Part shown: piece by piece, positions 1 through 10,194 of the stretch
How positions within the stretch are numbered: position 1 is the first letter of the stretch
How the letters are laid out: every line of letters begins with the position of its first letter
NCBI GenBank assembly: GCA_023247255.1
Contig: JAHFGV010000001.1
Location: 22,464 to 86,463, forward strand
Direction of reading: 5' to 3'
From: Candidatus Omnitrophota bacterium
GTDB taxonomy: Bacteria; Omnitrophota; Gorgyraeia; Aquiviventales; Aquiviventaceae
DNA length: 64,000 bases
The notes under the pieces: generated by a model
What the model saw: only the letters and a program-made list of their open reading frames with translations
Database searches by the model: none
Told to the model about the DNA's origin: nothing
Position numbers and translations under genes: made by a program

Positions 1-1632
1 TTGTCTGGATTGGATACGGCTCCAGTAGAATGTCTGAATGCGAGGATGGTTAACCAGCTCTGCCAAGGAGTGTGCCGGGATTTCTTGTTCCTGAGCGTAA
101 CGTTTCAGATAGATCATGTTTGGCACGATTAATGCGACACAGTAGGGACGTTGGTCTCCGTAGACGAATGCCTGGCTGATAGCCGGATCAGAGATAAAGA
201 GGTTTTCTAACTTCTGAGGGGCGACAAACTTGCCCCCGGCGGTTTTGATCAGATCTTTCTTGCGGTCGGTAATCCACAAGAATCCTTCAGGATCGATATG
301 GCCGATATCCCCGGTGTGGAACCAGCCATCGACGACCACGGCGGCGGTTTCCTCGGACCTGCGATAATAGCCCTGCATGACATGGTCTCCACGGGTGAGG
401 ATCTCTCCATCCTCGGCGATTTTGACTTCCACACCGGAAAGGACTTGTCCTACGCTTCCGAATTGAGGAACCGGTAAACGATTCACCGTAATGACCGGTG
501 AAGTTTCCGTCAAACCATAGCCTTCGAGAATGGTGACCCCGACGTTGTAGAAAAACTCACCGATCTCTTTAGAAAGAGGCGCACTGCCGGATACGAAAAA
601 CCGCAAGCGGCCACCCAGCCGGGCTCGAAGCGTCTTAAAGACTAAAAGCTCAGCCAGGAATCGTTTCACCACAAGGCTTACGGGGGCAGGCTCTGCCTTA
701 AACCGGCCGGCAGCCGATTGACGACCGATACGCAATGCCCACTCGACGAGCCGGCGCTTGCGCGGATCTAATTGTCGGAAGTGTTCTTGGATGCGTCCAT
801 AGAGTTTCTCGAAGAAACGAGGAACGCCCAACATGATGGTGGGGTGAAACTCTAGAATGTTCTCGGGCACCGTGTCCGGGCTTTCTGCGTAGGCGACGGA
901 AGCCCCGACTGTAACCATGAGGTACCAACCGGCCATGCGCTCAAAGACGTGTGAGAGAGGAAGAAAGGACAGGTGGCGGTCGGCGCTGGTGATGGGAAGA
1001 ACGCGCAAACAGGCCTCAATGTTAGAGAGGAAGTTATGATGAGACAGCATGACTCCTTTGGGTTCACCGGTGGTCCCCGAGGTGTAAATGATGGTCGCGA
1101 TGTCATTGGGTTTAAGATGAAGCCGCTGTTGTTCAAGAATGGGACGCATCTGAGGAAGGACATCCCTTCCCTTTTTCAAGGCATCTGACCAGTTACAGTA
1201 TCCGACCTCAGTCGATTGGGCCGCCTGAAAATTGACAAGCAGCCGTATGCAGGAAAGACTGGATCTTGTCTTGAGGCATTTAGCCAGATGTCCAGAACCA
1301 CCGACGATGCAAATGACTGGTTGGGCATCCGCACAGATGGTCCGTACGTCCTCAGCGGTAAGACTGGGATAGATGGGTACTGTCCAGGCTCCGATCGATT
1401 GAATCGCAATGTCTGCGATTGCCCATTCGGGACGGTTTTCGGATAGAATGACCACGCGATCGCTCGGGCTTACTTTTTGAAGTAAAAGCCAGGCGGCGAA
1501 GGCTTCAACGTCTGCACGTGCTTGCTCCCAGCTAATGGGCTGATAACGCCCCTGTTGCTTGATGAAAAACAGCGGTTTTGAACTTAAAGCGATCGCTTGG
1601 CGGATGAATACTTCAGGAATGGTTTCTGCCAT
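1..1632 (-). CDS. fadD: Long-chain fatty acid--CoA ligase (AMP-binding), 3' end runs off window
   Basis: Hand translation from ATG 1632 (MAETIPEVF...) is open through ILSENRPEW and the AMP-binding motif IIYTSGTTGEPKGVMLSH; absent from ORF track, consistent with truncation at the edge. Confidence 0.9.
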   Translation of the reverse strand, partial: MAETIPEVFIRQAIALSSKPLFFIKQQGRYQPISWEQARADVEAFAAWLLLQKVSPSDRVVILSENRPEWAIADIAIQSIGAWTVPIYPSLTAEDVRTICADAQPVICIVGGSGHLAKCLKTRSSLSCIRLLVNFQAAQSTEVGYCNWSDALKKGRDVLPQMRPILEQQRLHLKPNDIATIIYTSGTTGEPKGVMLSHHNFLSNIEACLRVLPITSADRHLSFLPLSHVFERMAGWYLMVTVGASVAYAESPDTVPENILEFHPTIMLGVPRFFEKLYGRIQEHFRQLDPRKRRLVEWALRIGRQSAAGRFKAEPAPVSLVVKRFLAELLVFKTLRARLGGRLRFFVSGSAPLSKEIGEFFYNVGVTILEGYGLTETSPVITVNRLPVPQFGSVGQVLSGVEVKIAEDGEILTRGDHVMQGYYRRSEETAAVVVDGWFHTGDIGHIDPEGFLWITDRKKDLIKTAGGKFVAPQKLENLFISDPAISQAFVYGDQRPYCVALIVPNMIYLKRYAQEQEIPAHSLAELVNHPRIQTFYWSRIQSRQ

Positions 1633-1652
1633 GGTATTTGCGGAATTCAGGG

Positions 1653-3524
1653 TTATGCCAAGATGCCTGTTTCCAACCAAGTCATCTTACCGTCGAGGAA
1701 GTTCTGGGTCAGTTGATAGGATTGATGGTCATCGTTGTGAGCCATACCCTTCCATGCTTGCGCGATTTGACGTCGGGCCAAGCGGCAGAAGACGTCGGCT
1801 AACTGCTCGGGGCTTGAATCCGATACGTTCTGAGACAGCATGGCCTGGGCTTTTGAGCAGGCAGCCATCATGACGAACAGGTAGCTTCCCACATCGACGA
1901 GCCTGGCCAAGAGTTGTTGCTGATCGGCAAGGCGCATTTGATAGCGCAAGGCGCTATGAAAAAGGGTACGGGCGAGTTTATGGCTGGTCTGTTCCACAAA
2001 CTGCATATGCCTGGCCAAAGGCTCAGGCAGACGATGAGCGAGACTGATCCCTTTCCAGGAACACCATTGTTGGGGATACCAGACTGCGTAATGCAGGCCT
2101 GCTCCCCAGGTGGTTTGGAGTCTGTGGGCGAGGCTCTGTCTTTGTTTCAACAAACTTGCCAGAATCCGCAAGTGGGCATCGAGCGCTTCACGTGCGATGA
2201 ATAGCCGCATGATCTCACTGGTGCCCTCGATGATGCGATTGATTCGAGCATCCCGCATCATACGCTCGACAGGCTCCGGGGGTTCACCACGCGCGCGCAG
2301 GGAGGGCGCAGTTTCGTAGCCACGCCCACCGCGAATCTGGACGGTGGCATCGACGATACGCCAGCAGGCTTCGGAGCAGAACAATTTAGCCATGGCGGCT
2401 TCGAGTCGAATGTCGATCGTCTTTCGATCGACCAGAGAAGATACCAGCCAGACCATGGCGTCCATAGCAAACGTCGTCGCTGCGATCTCAGCGATTTGTA
2501 CGGCAATGGCCTGGTGCCTGCCGATCGGTTTGCCCCATTGTTGGCGCTGTTGTGCCCATGGCCGGATGATTTGAAGACAGCGTTTTGCCGTTCCAACAGA
2601 AGCAGCAGGAATTGCGATACGACCCGCATTCAATGTGGTTAATGCCAGCTTCAAGCCGAGTCCCAGTCCCCAAAGGATGTGGGACTTGGGTATTCGGACG
2701 TTGTGAAAACGCAGGACGCCGTTTTGGATCCCTTTCAGACCCATGAAGTCGCAACGGTGTACGACTTCAAACCCGGGCATGGATCGCTCCACGATGAAAG
2801 CCGTGATCTGTTTGCGCTCCTTGCCCCCGATTGTAACAGAAGGTGTCCTTGCCATGACGATGACTACCTCAGCCACAGGACCATTGGTACACCAGAGCTT
2901 TTCTCCGCTGAGCAGATAGTATTGCCCATCTTCAATGGGGGTCGCTGTCGTCATCATGTTGGCCGGATCTGACCCGACTTCTGGCTCCGTCAAAGCAAAG
3001 GCAGAGATCGTTCCGGCAGCCAGCCGCGGCAGGAATTGACGTTTCTGTTGCTCCGTTCCAAAGAGCATGAGGGGTTGGGGGGCGCCGATGCTTTGATGAG
3101 CACTGAGCCAAACCGTCGTGGACCCACAAAAGCTTCCCAGAAGGGCGATCACCCGATTGTAATTGGTCTGGGACATCTCTAGCCCGCCGTATGCCTTCGG
3201 AATCTTCATTCCGAAACATCCCAGCCGCGCGAGCCCCTCAATGACCGTGGCGGGGATTTCTCCTGTTCGATCGATTTCATCAGGATCCACCGAGGACTTG
3301 AGGAATGCGCTCAACTCGGCGATGAAGGTGTCGCCGATCTGGCGGTCCTGAGGATTTTGTTCAGGATAGGGAAAGATAATATCCGTGCGTACTCGTCCCA
3401 TAAACAAATCGGCAACGACGCTGGGATAGTGCCACTCTGTTTGTCGAGCCGCCTCTGTTACCTCAAGCGCTTCAGGGGATCCTGACCGAAGCAACGGATG
3501 AGAATCTGGAGTTGGATTCATCAA
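1653..3524 (-). CDS. fadE: Acyl-CoA dehydrogenase (long, VLCAD-like)
   Basis: AFALTEPEVGSD, GEKLWCTNG, QIRGGRGY, RIIEGTSEI motifs. Confidence 0.92.
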   Translation of the reverse strand: MMNPTPDSHPLLRSGSPEALEVTEAARQTEWHYPSVVADLFMGRVRTDIIFPYPEQNPQDRQIGDTFIAELSAFLKSSVDPDEIDRTGEIPATVIEGLARLGCFGMKIPKAYGGLEMSQTNYNRVIALLGSFCGSTTVWLSAHQSIGAPQPLMLFGTEQQKRQFLPRLAAGTISAFALTEPEVGSDPANMMTTATPIEDGQYYLLSGEKLWCTNGPVAEVVIVMARTPSVTIGGKERKQITAFIVERSMPGFEVVHRCDFMGLKGIQNGVLRFHNVRIPKSHILWGLGLGLKLALTTLNAGRIAIPAASVGTAKRCLQIIRPWAQQRQQWGKPIGRHQAIAVQIAEIAATTFAMDAMVWLVSSLVDRKTIDIRLEAAMAKLFCSEACWRIVDATVQIRGGRGYETAPSLRARGEPPEPVERMMRDARINRIIEGTSEIMRLFIAREALDAHLRILASLLKQRQSLAHRLQTTWGAGLHYAVWYPQQWCSWKGISLAHRLPEPLARHMQFVEQTSHKLARTLFHSALRYQMRLADQQQLLARLVDVGSYLFVMMAACSKAQAMLSQNVSDSSPEQLADVFCRLARRQIAQAWKGMAHNDDHQSYQLTQNFLDGKMTWLETGILA

Positions 3525-4573
3525 TGAGTCTGACGGATTGGAGATACCAAACGAGCGGTTCGTGACGCTGGACAGATAACGTTTCCTGGGGCGCCCTTAA
3601 TAAAATCGGTGATGTTGTCAGCGGTGGTGTCCAGGATTCGTTGGAGCGCTTCCCGGCTGTCGAAGGCAATATGGGGGGTGATCACCACGTTTTCTCGGTG
3701 CAAGAGGATATGGTTTTTCAATGCCGTGGCCAGTTTCTCTTTGGGAAAATCCTTGGAAAGCAATTGGTGCTCTTCTTTCACCAGCTCTTCGCCTTCCAAT
3801 ACATCCAGTCCCACGCCGCTGACGATTCCTTCGTCCAAGGCCCATACCAAAGCATCTGTGTCAATGAGCCCTCCCCGCGCGGTATTGATCAAAAGCGATC
3901 CCCGTTTCATCAAGGTGAAGGTCTTGCGATTCATCAGATGGTGAGTCGCTAAGGTATAGGGCACATGAAGGCTGACGATGTCTGAATGGCGCAGCAAACT
4001 TTCGAGAGAGGCATAGCCAAAATCGAGGACTTCACTCAGAAAGGGATCCCTTCGAATATCATGGACCAAAACGTCCATGCCAAACCCCTTTGCCATCTTG
4101 ATGACGTGCAAGCCGATGTGACCACTGCCCACCACGCCCAGGGTCTTTCCTTTTAAATCGAATCCTTGCAGCCCTTCCAAAGAGAAATCCCCTTTCATAG
4201 TCTTGATATAGGCTTTATGGATGTTGCGGGAAAGAGCCAGGATCAATGCAAAGGTATGCTCGGCCACAGTATTCTCTCCGTACGAGGGTACGTTGGAAAC
4301 CGCGATGTGGCGTTTCTGACAGGTGGCTATGTCGATATGATCGAAACCCGTGGAGCGCGTGGCGATGAAACGCAACCGAGGAAGGCGGCGAAGGATAGAA
4401 GCACTGAGGCGGGAGTAGATGAACACGGAAAGAATTTCGGTGCCTGAAGCGATTCGTAAATTGTCTTCCGTGAGCGGATCAGGAATGCACTGGATGCTCA
4501 GCCGCAGGCGTGCCAAGGCACTGGCAAGAAACCGGCGTTCCCAAGAAGCGGTTTCGAAAAACACGGCTTTCAT
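3521..4573 (-). CDS. D-2-hydroxyacid dehydrogenase (D-lactate dehydrogenase-like)
   Basis: GVVGSGHIG Rossmann motif, INTARG, GLDVLEGE, ITPHIAF. Confidence 0.9.
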   Translation of the reverse strand: MKAVFFETASWERRFLASALARLRLSIQCIPDPLTEDNLRIASGTEILSVFIYSRLSASILRRLPRLRFIATRSTGFDHIDIATCQKRHIAVSNVPSYGENTVAEHTFALILALSRNIHKAYIKTMKGDFSLEGLQGFDLKGKTLGVVGSGHIGLHVIKMAKGFGMDVLVHDIRRDPFLSEVLDFGYASLESLLRHSDIVSLHVPYTLATHHLMNRKTFTLMKRGSLLINTARGGLIDTDALVWALDEGIVSGVGLDVLEGEELVKEEHQLLSKDFPKEKLATALKNHILLHRENVVITPHIAFDSREALQRILDTTADNITDFIKGAPGNVICPASRTARLVSPIRQTH

Positions 4574-4585
4574 GATGGGATCGTC

Positions 4586-5380
4586 TCAGCGATCCTTGAA
4601 TTGGGGCTGGCGTTTTTCACGGAACGCCCGGAGGCCCTCCCGACTGTCTTCGCTCTGCGCAACCACGCCAAAGGCCTCTGCTTCCAGAGCCAAGCCATCC
4701 TCCAACGAACGATCTGCTCCCTTTTCAATAGCGCGTAGCGATTGGGTTACGGCAACCATGCCTTTCGCTGCGATTTTCCTTGCCAGATCCTTGGCGGCTT
4801 TGAGGACTTGACCCTGAGCGACTACGAGGTTTACCAATCCCACACGGTAGGCTTCCTGTGCGGAAAATAGGTCGCCGGTCAGAATCCACTCAATCGCTTT
4901 TGCCTTTCCAATCAGGCGAGGGAGTCGTTGGGTCCCTCCCCATCCCGGTATAATGCCTAGAGTGACTTCGGGTTGGCCGAATCGGACACGGTCTCCGCTG
5001 ATTCGTAAATGGCAGGACATTGCTAGTTCCAGTCCTCCTCCCAGACAGACTCCATTGATCGCGGCAATCACGGGTTTGTCCGACCGCTGTAATTTCAGAA
5101 AGACCGATTGGCCCAAGGATGCCATTTGCTTGGCCTCATCTACCGAAGCAATCTGACTCATTTCTTTCAAATCAGCACCGGCCACAAAAGCCAGCGACCC
5201 TGCGCCGGTGACGATGATGACTTTGCTTGCGGTTTCCGTTTGAAGGCTGTCTAACGCCTGCCCGAGTTCGTTTAACGTCTGCCGGTTCAAGGCGTTGACC
5301 GGACGATGATCAATCGTCACAATTCCCACCCGATCTTCCACGGTTACTTTCACACATTCTCCTGAGTTCAAGGCTGTCAT
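4586..5380 (-). CDS. Enoyl-CoA hydratase (crotonase family)
   Basis: FVAGADL, AAINGVCLGGGLELA, PEVTLGIIPGWGGTQRL; start set at ATG 5380 because the longer ORF start lies in a heptamer repeat. Confidence 0.92.
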   Translation of the reverse strand: MTALNSGECVKVTVEDRVGIVTIDHRPVNALNRQTLNELGQALDSLQTETASKVIIVTGAGSLAFVAGADLKEMSQIASVDEAKQMASLGQSVFLKLQRSDKPVIAAINGVCLGGGLELAMSCHLRISGDRVRFGQPEVTLGIIPGWGGTQRLPRLIGKAKAIEWILTGDLFSAQEAYRVGLVNLVVAQGQVLKAAKDLARKIAAKGMVAVTQSLRAIEKGADRSLEDGLALEAEAFGVVAQSEDSREGLRAFREKRQPQFKDR

Positions 5381-5398
5381 GTCATAGGGTCCACGTTT

Positions 5399-5443
5399 TA
5401 TTTCGGATTTAGGATGGCAAATTGCGGATTGAAAAGAAATCAA
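5399..5443. repeat. Heptamer-type repeat patch, near-identical to 18921..18964
   Basis: tttcggatttaggatggcaaattgcggattgaaaagaaatcaa vs tttcggatttgggattgcgaattgtggattggaaagaaatcaa. Confidence 0.75.
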
Positions 5444-5446
5444 GAG

Positions 5447-6667
5447 TCATGGGTAGTCAAAGAAGCCTTTCTTTGTCTGTTTGCCTAGATGTCCGGCAGC
5501 TACCTTTCGCTTCAACAAAGGCGACGGCCAGAACCGATCCCCGAATAGCTGGGTCAAGCGCTCCAGTTCCGACAGGACGTTTTGCAGCCCGATTTCATCG
5601 GCGTAATGAAGAATGCCTCCCTTGGATTGGGGAAAGCCTAATCCTGCGATCACAGCAAGATCGACGTCAGACGCTGTGCAGACTTGTTCTTCCAGACAAC
5701 GGATAGCCTCGTTGATCATCGGCAGGATGAGTCGTTTGGCTGAATATTCCTTCGGTCCGCGCCAGGAAGCTTGGAGTTGTTGCAGGATGCCTTCTAGCTG
5801 TGGATCGGACTCAGCCGAGCGCTCGCCATAGAGATAGAAGCCAGCACCTGATTTCACGCCATAACGCTTCAGGGCGGCAAGGCGTTCCCAGATCGCCGCC
5901 GGACGCATCCGTGGACCGTAAGCGTCCTGGAGGATGTTCACCACTTCACGGCAGACGTCAAAACCCAGGCTATCGACCAAAGTAAAGGGCCCCATGGGAA
6001 ACCCGAAAGCAACGATGTCCTCATCGATCTGGCGAGAGGAAGCAGCCCCCTCCTGAACACAGTAGGCGGCTTCATTGAGATAAGGCATGAGGATACGATT
6101 GACGAGAAAACCGGGGCATTCATTGACACGGATCGGTATCTTACGCAGGCTCTCGGCAAAAGTCATCACATCCGCAACCGTTTCATCGGAAGTCTCCAAG
6201 CCGGGAATCACCTCGACGAGTTTCATGATATGTGCGGGGTAAAAGAAGTGCATGCCGATTACTTTGTGCGGACGCTTGGTCACGCTACCCAATGCACAGA
6301 TCGACAGCGAGGAGGTGTTCGAGGCCAAGATGGCCGCTTCGGGGCTTTTTGCATCCAACTCTCGGAAGATCTGCCCTTTGAGATCGAGCCGCTCCGGTAC
6401 CGCTTCGATGACGAGATCAACATCTTTAAACGCTGCGTAGTCTGTCACGCCAGTGACTAGACTGAGTTTCTGCTCCATCTCATCGGCGGTCATCTTTCCT
6501 CGATCCACACGCCGTTTGTAGATGGAACGGACCACCGATAGCCCCTTATCGACCAAGGGCTGGTTGATATCTTTTAAGAGAACCGGGATTCCACTGAAGC
6601 TGATCACTTGAGCGATCTCAGCACCCATCGCCCCGGCACCCACCACAGCAGTCTTGTAAATATACAT
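5447..6667 (-). CDS. 3-hydroxyacyl-CoA dehydrogenase (NAD domain plus two C-terminal domains)
   Basis: VVGAGAMG, IEAVPE, ASNTSS, GMHFF, PGFLVNR, GFPMGP. Confidence 0.92.
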   Translation of the reverse strand: MYIYKTAVVGAGAMGAEIAQVISFSGIPVLLKDINQPLVDKGLSVVRSIYKRRVDRGKMTADEMEQKLSLVTGVTDYAAFKDVDLVIEAVPERLDLKGQIFRELDAKSPEAAILASNTSSLSICALGSVTKRPHKVIGMHFFYPAHIMKLVEVIPGLETSDETVADVMTFAESLRKIPIRVNECPGFLVNRILMPYLNEAAYCVQEGAASSRQIDEDIVAFGFPMGPFTLVDSLGFDVCREVVNILQDAYGPRMRPAAIWERLAALKRYGVKSGAGFYLYGERSAESDPQLEGILQQLQASWRGPKEYSAKRLILPMINEAIRCLEEQVCTASDVDLAVIAGLGFPQSKGGILHYADEIGLQNVLSELERLTQLFGDRFWPSPLLKRKVAAGHLGKQTKKGFFDYP

Positions 6668-6676
6668 CGATATCTC

Positions 6677-7873
6677 TTAGATTTTCTCAAACACGATTGC
6701 TGCCCCCTGCCCTCCTCCTACGCAGGCGGTAGCCACACCGATCGAGAGGTTGCGTCGTTTCATTTCATGGAGCAGCGTCACGACGATACGCGTCCCGGTA
6801 GCACCTACAGGATGGCCCAGGGCGATGGCACCGCCGTTGACGTTGGCAATGTCACGACTGAAATTCAACGCACGCTCACAGGCCAGATAGGTTGCGGCAA
6901 AGGCCTCGTTGATCTCAATAAGCTGCACGTCCTTCAGGCTGAGGCCGGCTTTCTTCAATGCTAAAGGTACGGCCAAGGTGGGGCCCAAGCCCATACGTTC
7001 CGGTTCAAGAGCTGCAAAGGCGTAGGATCGCACACGGGCAAGAACCGTGTAGCCACGGGCCTTCGCTTGGTCCTGCGTCATGATCAGAACCATAGCGGCT
7101 CCATCTGCATTGAAACAACTGTTGCCGGATGTCACTGAACCCTGTTCTTTGAATACCGGAGGATATTGACTCAAGAGTTGCTCATTCAATCCAGGGTTGA
7201 TCCCTTCGTCTTGCGTGAAGGGTTCAGAAGGCAGTTCCCTACCCATGGCGCGTTTAGGAATAAGGACAGGGACTAACTCTTCTTTGAATCGTCCTTCCCG
7301 TGTGGCCCGGTAAGCGCGCTGGTGAGACAAAACAGCAAAGCGGTCCTGCTCCGCACGCGAGAGGGAGAACTCTTGAACAAGGTTCTCTGCTGTCTGACCC
7401 ATGATTTGGCCGCAGATGGGATCGGTCAGCCCTTCCCAGATGGTATCCACCATTTCCGAGTGGCGCAGGCGCTTGCCCCAGCGCAGGTCCCGGCTCACAT
7501 AGGGAGCTGCACTCATACATTCGGCTCCCCCTGCGATTTGCACGTCACGTTCCGCGCAGGCGATATTCTGACAGGCATTCACAATGGCTTGTAACCCTGA
7601 GGCGCAATTGCGCTGGACGGTATAGGCCACTACGGCATGAGGAATCCCTGCTCGAAGGGCAATGACTCGCGCTAGGTTCGGGGCATCCGATGCCTGTCCC
7701 ACGCAGCCAACGATGACTTCTTCCACCTCAGCCGGCTTCAGATTCGTTCGCTTGAGCAGTTCACGAACGACAATCTCCCCTAACTGCTGTGATGTAAAAT
7801 TCTTCAAGGCCCCCCCAAACACTCCTTGGGGGCTGCGGAGTCCCTCGACGATAACAGCCTCACGAGACATCAA
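6677..7873 (-). CDS. Acetyl-CoA C-acyltransferase (thiolase)
   Basis: NCASGL catalytic Cys, NEAFA, GHPVGATG, CVGGGQG. Confidence 0.95.
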   Translation of the reverse strand: MMSREAVIVEGLRSPQGVFGGALKNFTSQQLGEIVVRELLKRTNLKPAEVEEVIVGCVGQASDAPNLARVIALRAGIPHAVVAYTVQRNCASGLQAIVNACQNIACAERDVQIAGGAECMSAAPYVSRDLRWGKRLRHSEMVDTIWEGLTDPICGQIMGQTAENLVQEFSLSRAEQDRFAVLSHQRAYRATREGRFKEELVPVLIPKRAMGRELPSEPFTQDEGINPGLNEQLLSQYPPVFKEQGSVTSGNSCFNADGAAMVLIMTQDQAKARGYTVLARVRSYAFAALEPERMGLGPTLAVPLALKKAGLSLKDVQLIEINEAFAATYLACERALNFSRDIANVNGGAIALGHPVGATGTRIVVTLLHEMKRRNLSIGVATACVGGGQGAAIVFEKI

Positions 7874-7884
7874 TATTCTCTCTC

Positions 7885-10152
7885 TTATCGCCCAGTGTAC
7901 TGGTCTTGTACGGGCTTGTCAACGGAGAGCTCCCGCAGACCGGCGATGCGTTTGATCTCCGGCAGATAGGCCATGGCGATTTCTTCCCCTCGACGGATGA
8001 ATTTCTCCGGGCTGAAAAACTCCAGCCAGTGAGAATCCGGTACCGTGGGACGCAAGGTCAGATCGGCCTCACGGCAGGAGATTTCCGCAATCTGGTATTC
8101 CATCCACTGCATGGAGCGCATGATGACATCGAAAACCAGAGGAGAAACAGCCTGTATGAGTTCGTGGCGAAGCCAGACCAAGAAGCGGATGGGAAAACTT
8201 CGCGAAGCCAGCTGCGCCTCACGCTGCTGACGCCGCTGCTGCAGCTTTTGACGGTGCATCCTGAGTTCCTCTATGTTGGGAAAAACGTTGACGGCGATCA
8301 CACGATTCGCCCCCGCTTGTTTAAGGACACTGACCGGAATGGGATTGACGACTCCTCCATCCAGGCAAATATCTCCACCAAACCGTATCGGTTTGAAAAT
8401 GCCCGGGATGGATACCGAGGCACGGACCGCCTCTGCCAGGGATCCGGAGTCGATGATCACTTCTTCCCGGGTCATCGGGTTGGCGGCCACGATTTTTACA
8501 GGAATCCAAGTATCCTCAAAAGTTCTGTTCTGGAAATCTGCCTGGAGTCTTGCCATTAACTGAGCACCCTGAATGGGACCTCCGGATAATGGCCCGAGGA
8601 TCAAACCCATGATGACACACACGAAACTGGCCAGCAGCGCTGTCCAGATTCCGGCGATCGGCCAGACGACCAGTCCCATTACCACGGCGACCACGACACT
8701 TACCAAGGGCACCTGCACGTCGAGCAGAAAGAGTTTGTTGATATCCCACGGATGCTTGAATCTCAATGCCATGTGTTCGATCTCTTCCACGCTACGACCC
8801 GAAGCCCACAAGCCGCCGATCAGTGCACCGATGCTTGAGCCTGCAATAATGTCGATCGGGATTTTCTCGCGTTCAAGTACTTTAAGCACCCCGATATGAG
8901 CCAATCCCAGAGCGGCTCCAGAGCCGAGAGCCAGTCCCACAAGGCCACCGCTTAGTTTTCGCGCAACCCGTTGGACGGTCAGCGCGTAAGCGGATCGACG
9001 TTCCTCCAAAAGCTGAGCCAAGCTTTCAATAGTCATGGCATCCGCCAAAGGAAGGAAAGGAAGAGTGAACGTGACCGGACGGCCCAATTGTTCCGCGATC
9101 CCCACATCTCGACCTCGCGGCGGACCTCCTAAGAGCATGCTCAAAAAATTCGTTTTCTCCTCTGAATCTTGCAACTGATTGAGAACAACCTGGACGCGTT
9201 GCGTGGTGGTGCTCACCACAGAGGTGATTTGATGGATCAGCATTCGCGTTTGCGCCAAATGGTCGGAATCAGGATTAGTCACCACGTAGATGAGATCGGA
9301 CTGAGTGAGTGCTTTCAAGACCGGCGGGGTGGCTTCGGCAGGCAGATCGACCAGGACGTAGTGGAAGCGTTTGGTCAATGCGTTCAACAGGGGAGCGACG
9401 GTGTGTTCTCCTTGGGAATCAGAAAGCAGCTCCCCGGCACTCAACAGCAGAAATCCCAGTGGGTGGATGTCTAGGACATTGTCTAATTGCTCTTCCAAAA
9501 CTAGATTGGTTAGCGTGGTTTTAATCTCGGACGAAGGACGACTAGACTTAAAACGCCACGCCCAATGATGGGGGTCATTGGTCATATTGACCAAAACGAT
9601 CTGGCGATTGGTCTCGTGCTTCAGCATAGCTGCCAAGGAAACGGCAAACAATGTGCAGCCTACTCCTCGGGTGGCGCTGGTGATAGAGGCGATCGTCGTA
9701 TCGGTGGGTTCAGGAAGGTCTTCGCGGGTTCGCAGACGCTTGGAAAGCAATCGGCTGAGGTAGAGTACTAAAGACGGGATACGGTTAATGACTTCGTTGA
9801 AATCTTCCTTCTTCAATTCAAGCACCAGGGTATCATTGAGTGCCTGGACCGTTGCCGAGTGCTTTTCTCCTGTCAGTAAAGAGATCTCTCCAAAAGAATC
9901 TCCGTTATAGAGAATGGCCAAGGTCTTCTCAACATGATGGGACAAAGAGAAAACACGCAGACGGCCCGAGCTGACGATATAAAAAGAGTCCGCAGGATCC
10001 CCCTCGCGGTAAATCACTTCTTCCTTCTTATATTCCACCAGGCGGGTGCGTTTTGCAATCAGGTACAGCTGTTGATCCGTGCAAGCAGCAAACAGGGGGA
10101 TGCGCTTAAGTATTACGATCTTGTCTTGCCAGTGCGACGACTCAAGCGTCAT
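7885..10152 (-). CDS. Multidomain cNMP-binding + MinD/CpaE-like + patatin phospholipase
   Basis: N-terminal FGEISLL cNMP domain; degenerate P-loop SATRGVGCT and YVLVDLP; patatin GSGAALG, GSSIG, DGG; hydrophobic hairpin inside patatin domain. Confidence 0.85.
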   Translation of the reverse strand: MTLESSHWQDKIVILKRIPLFAACTDQQLYLIAKRTRLVEYKKEEVIYREGDPADSFYIVSSGRLRVFSLSHHVEKTLAILYNGDSFGEISLLTGEKHSATVQALNDTLVLELKKEDFNEVINRIPSLVLYLSRLLSKRLRTREDLPEPTDTTIASITSATRGVGCTLFAVSLAAMLKHETNRQIVLVNMTNDPHHWAWRFKSSRPSSEIKTTLTNLVLEEQLDNVLDIHPLGFLLLSAGELLSDSQGEHTVAPLLNALTKRFHYVLVDLPAEATPPVLKALTQSDLIYVVTNPDSDHLAQTRMLIHQITSVVSTTTQRVQVVLNQLQDSEEKTNFLSMLLGGPPRGRDVGIAEQLGRPVTFTLPFLPLADAMTIESLAQLLEERRSAYALTVQRVARKLSGGLVGLALGSGAALGLAHIGVLKVLEREKIPIDIIAGSSIGALIGGLWASGRSVEEIEHMALRFKHPWDINKLFLLDVQVPLVSVVVAVVMGLVVWPIAGIWTALLASFVCVIMGLILGPLSGGPIQGAQLMARLQADFQNRTFEDTWIPVKIVAANPMTREEVIIDSGSLAEAVRASVSIPGIFKPIRFGGDICLDGGVVNPIPVSVLKQAGANRVIAVNVFPNIEELRMHRQKLQQRRQQREAQLASRSFPIRFLVWLRHELIQAVSPLVFDVIMRSMQWMEYQIAEISCREADLTLRPTVPDSHWLEFFSPEKFIRRGEEIAMAYLPEIKRIAGLRELSVDKPVQDQYTGR

Positions 10153-10194
10153 CGGAGTGGGTGTCTGACGGTTTCGTTAAAACGGCCAGAGCTC

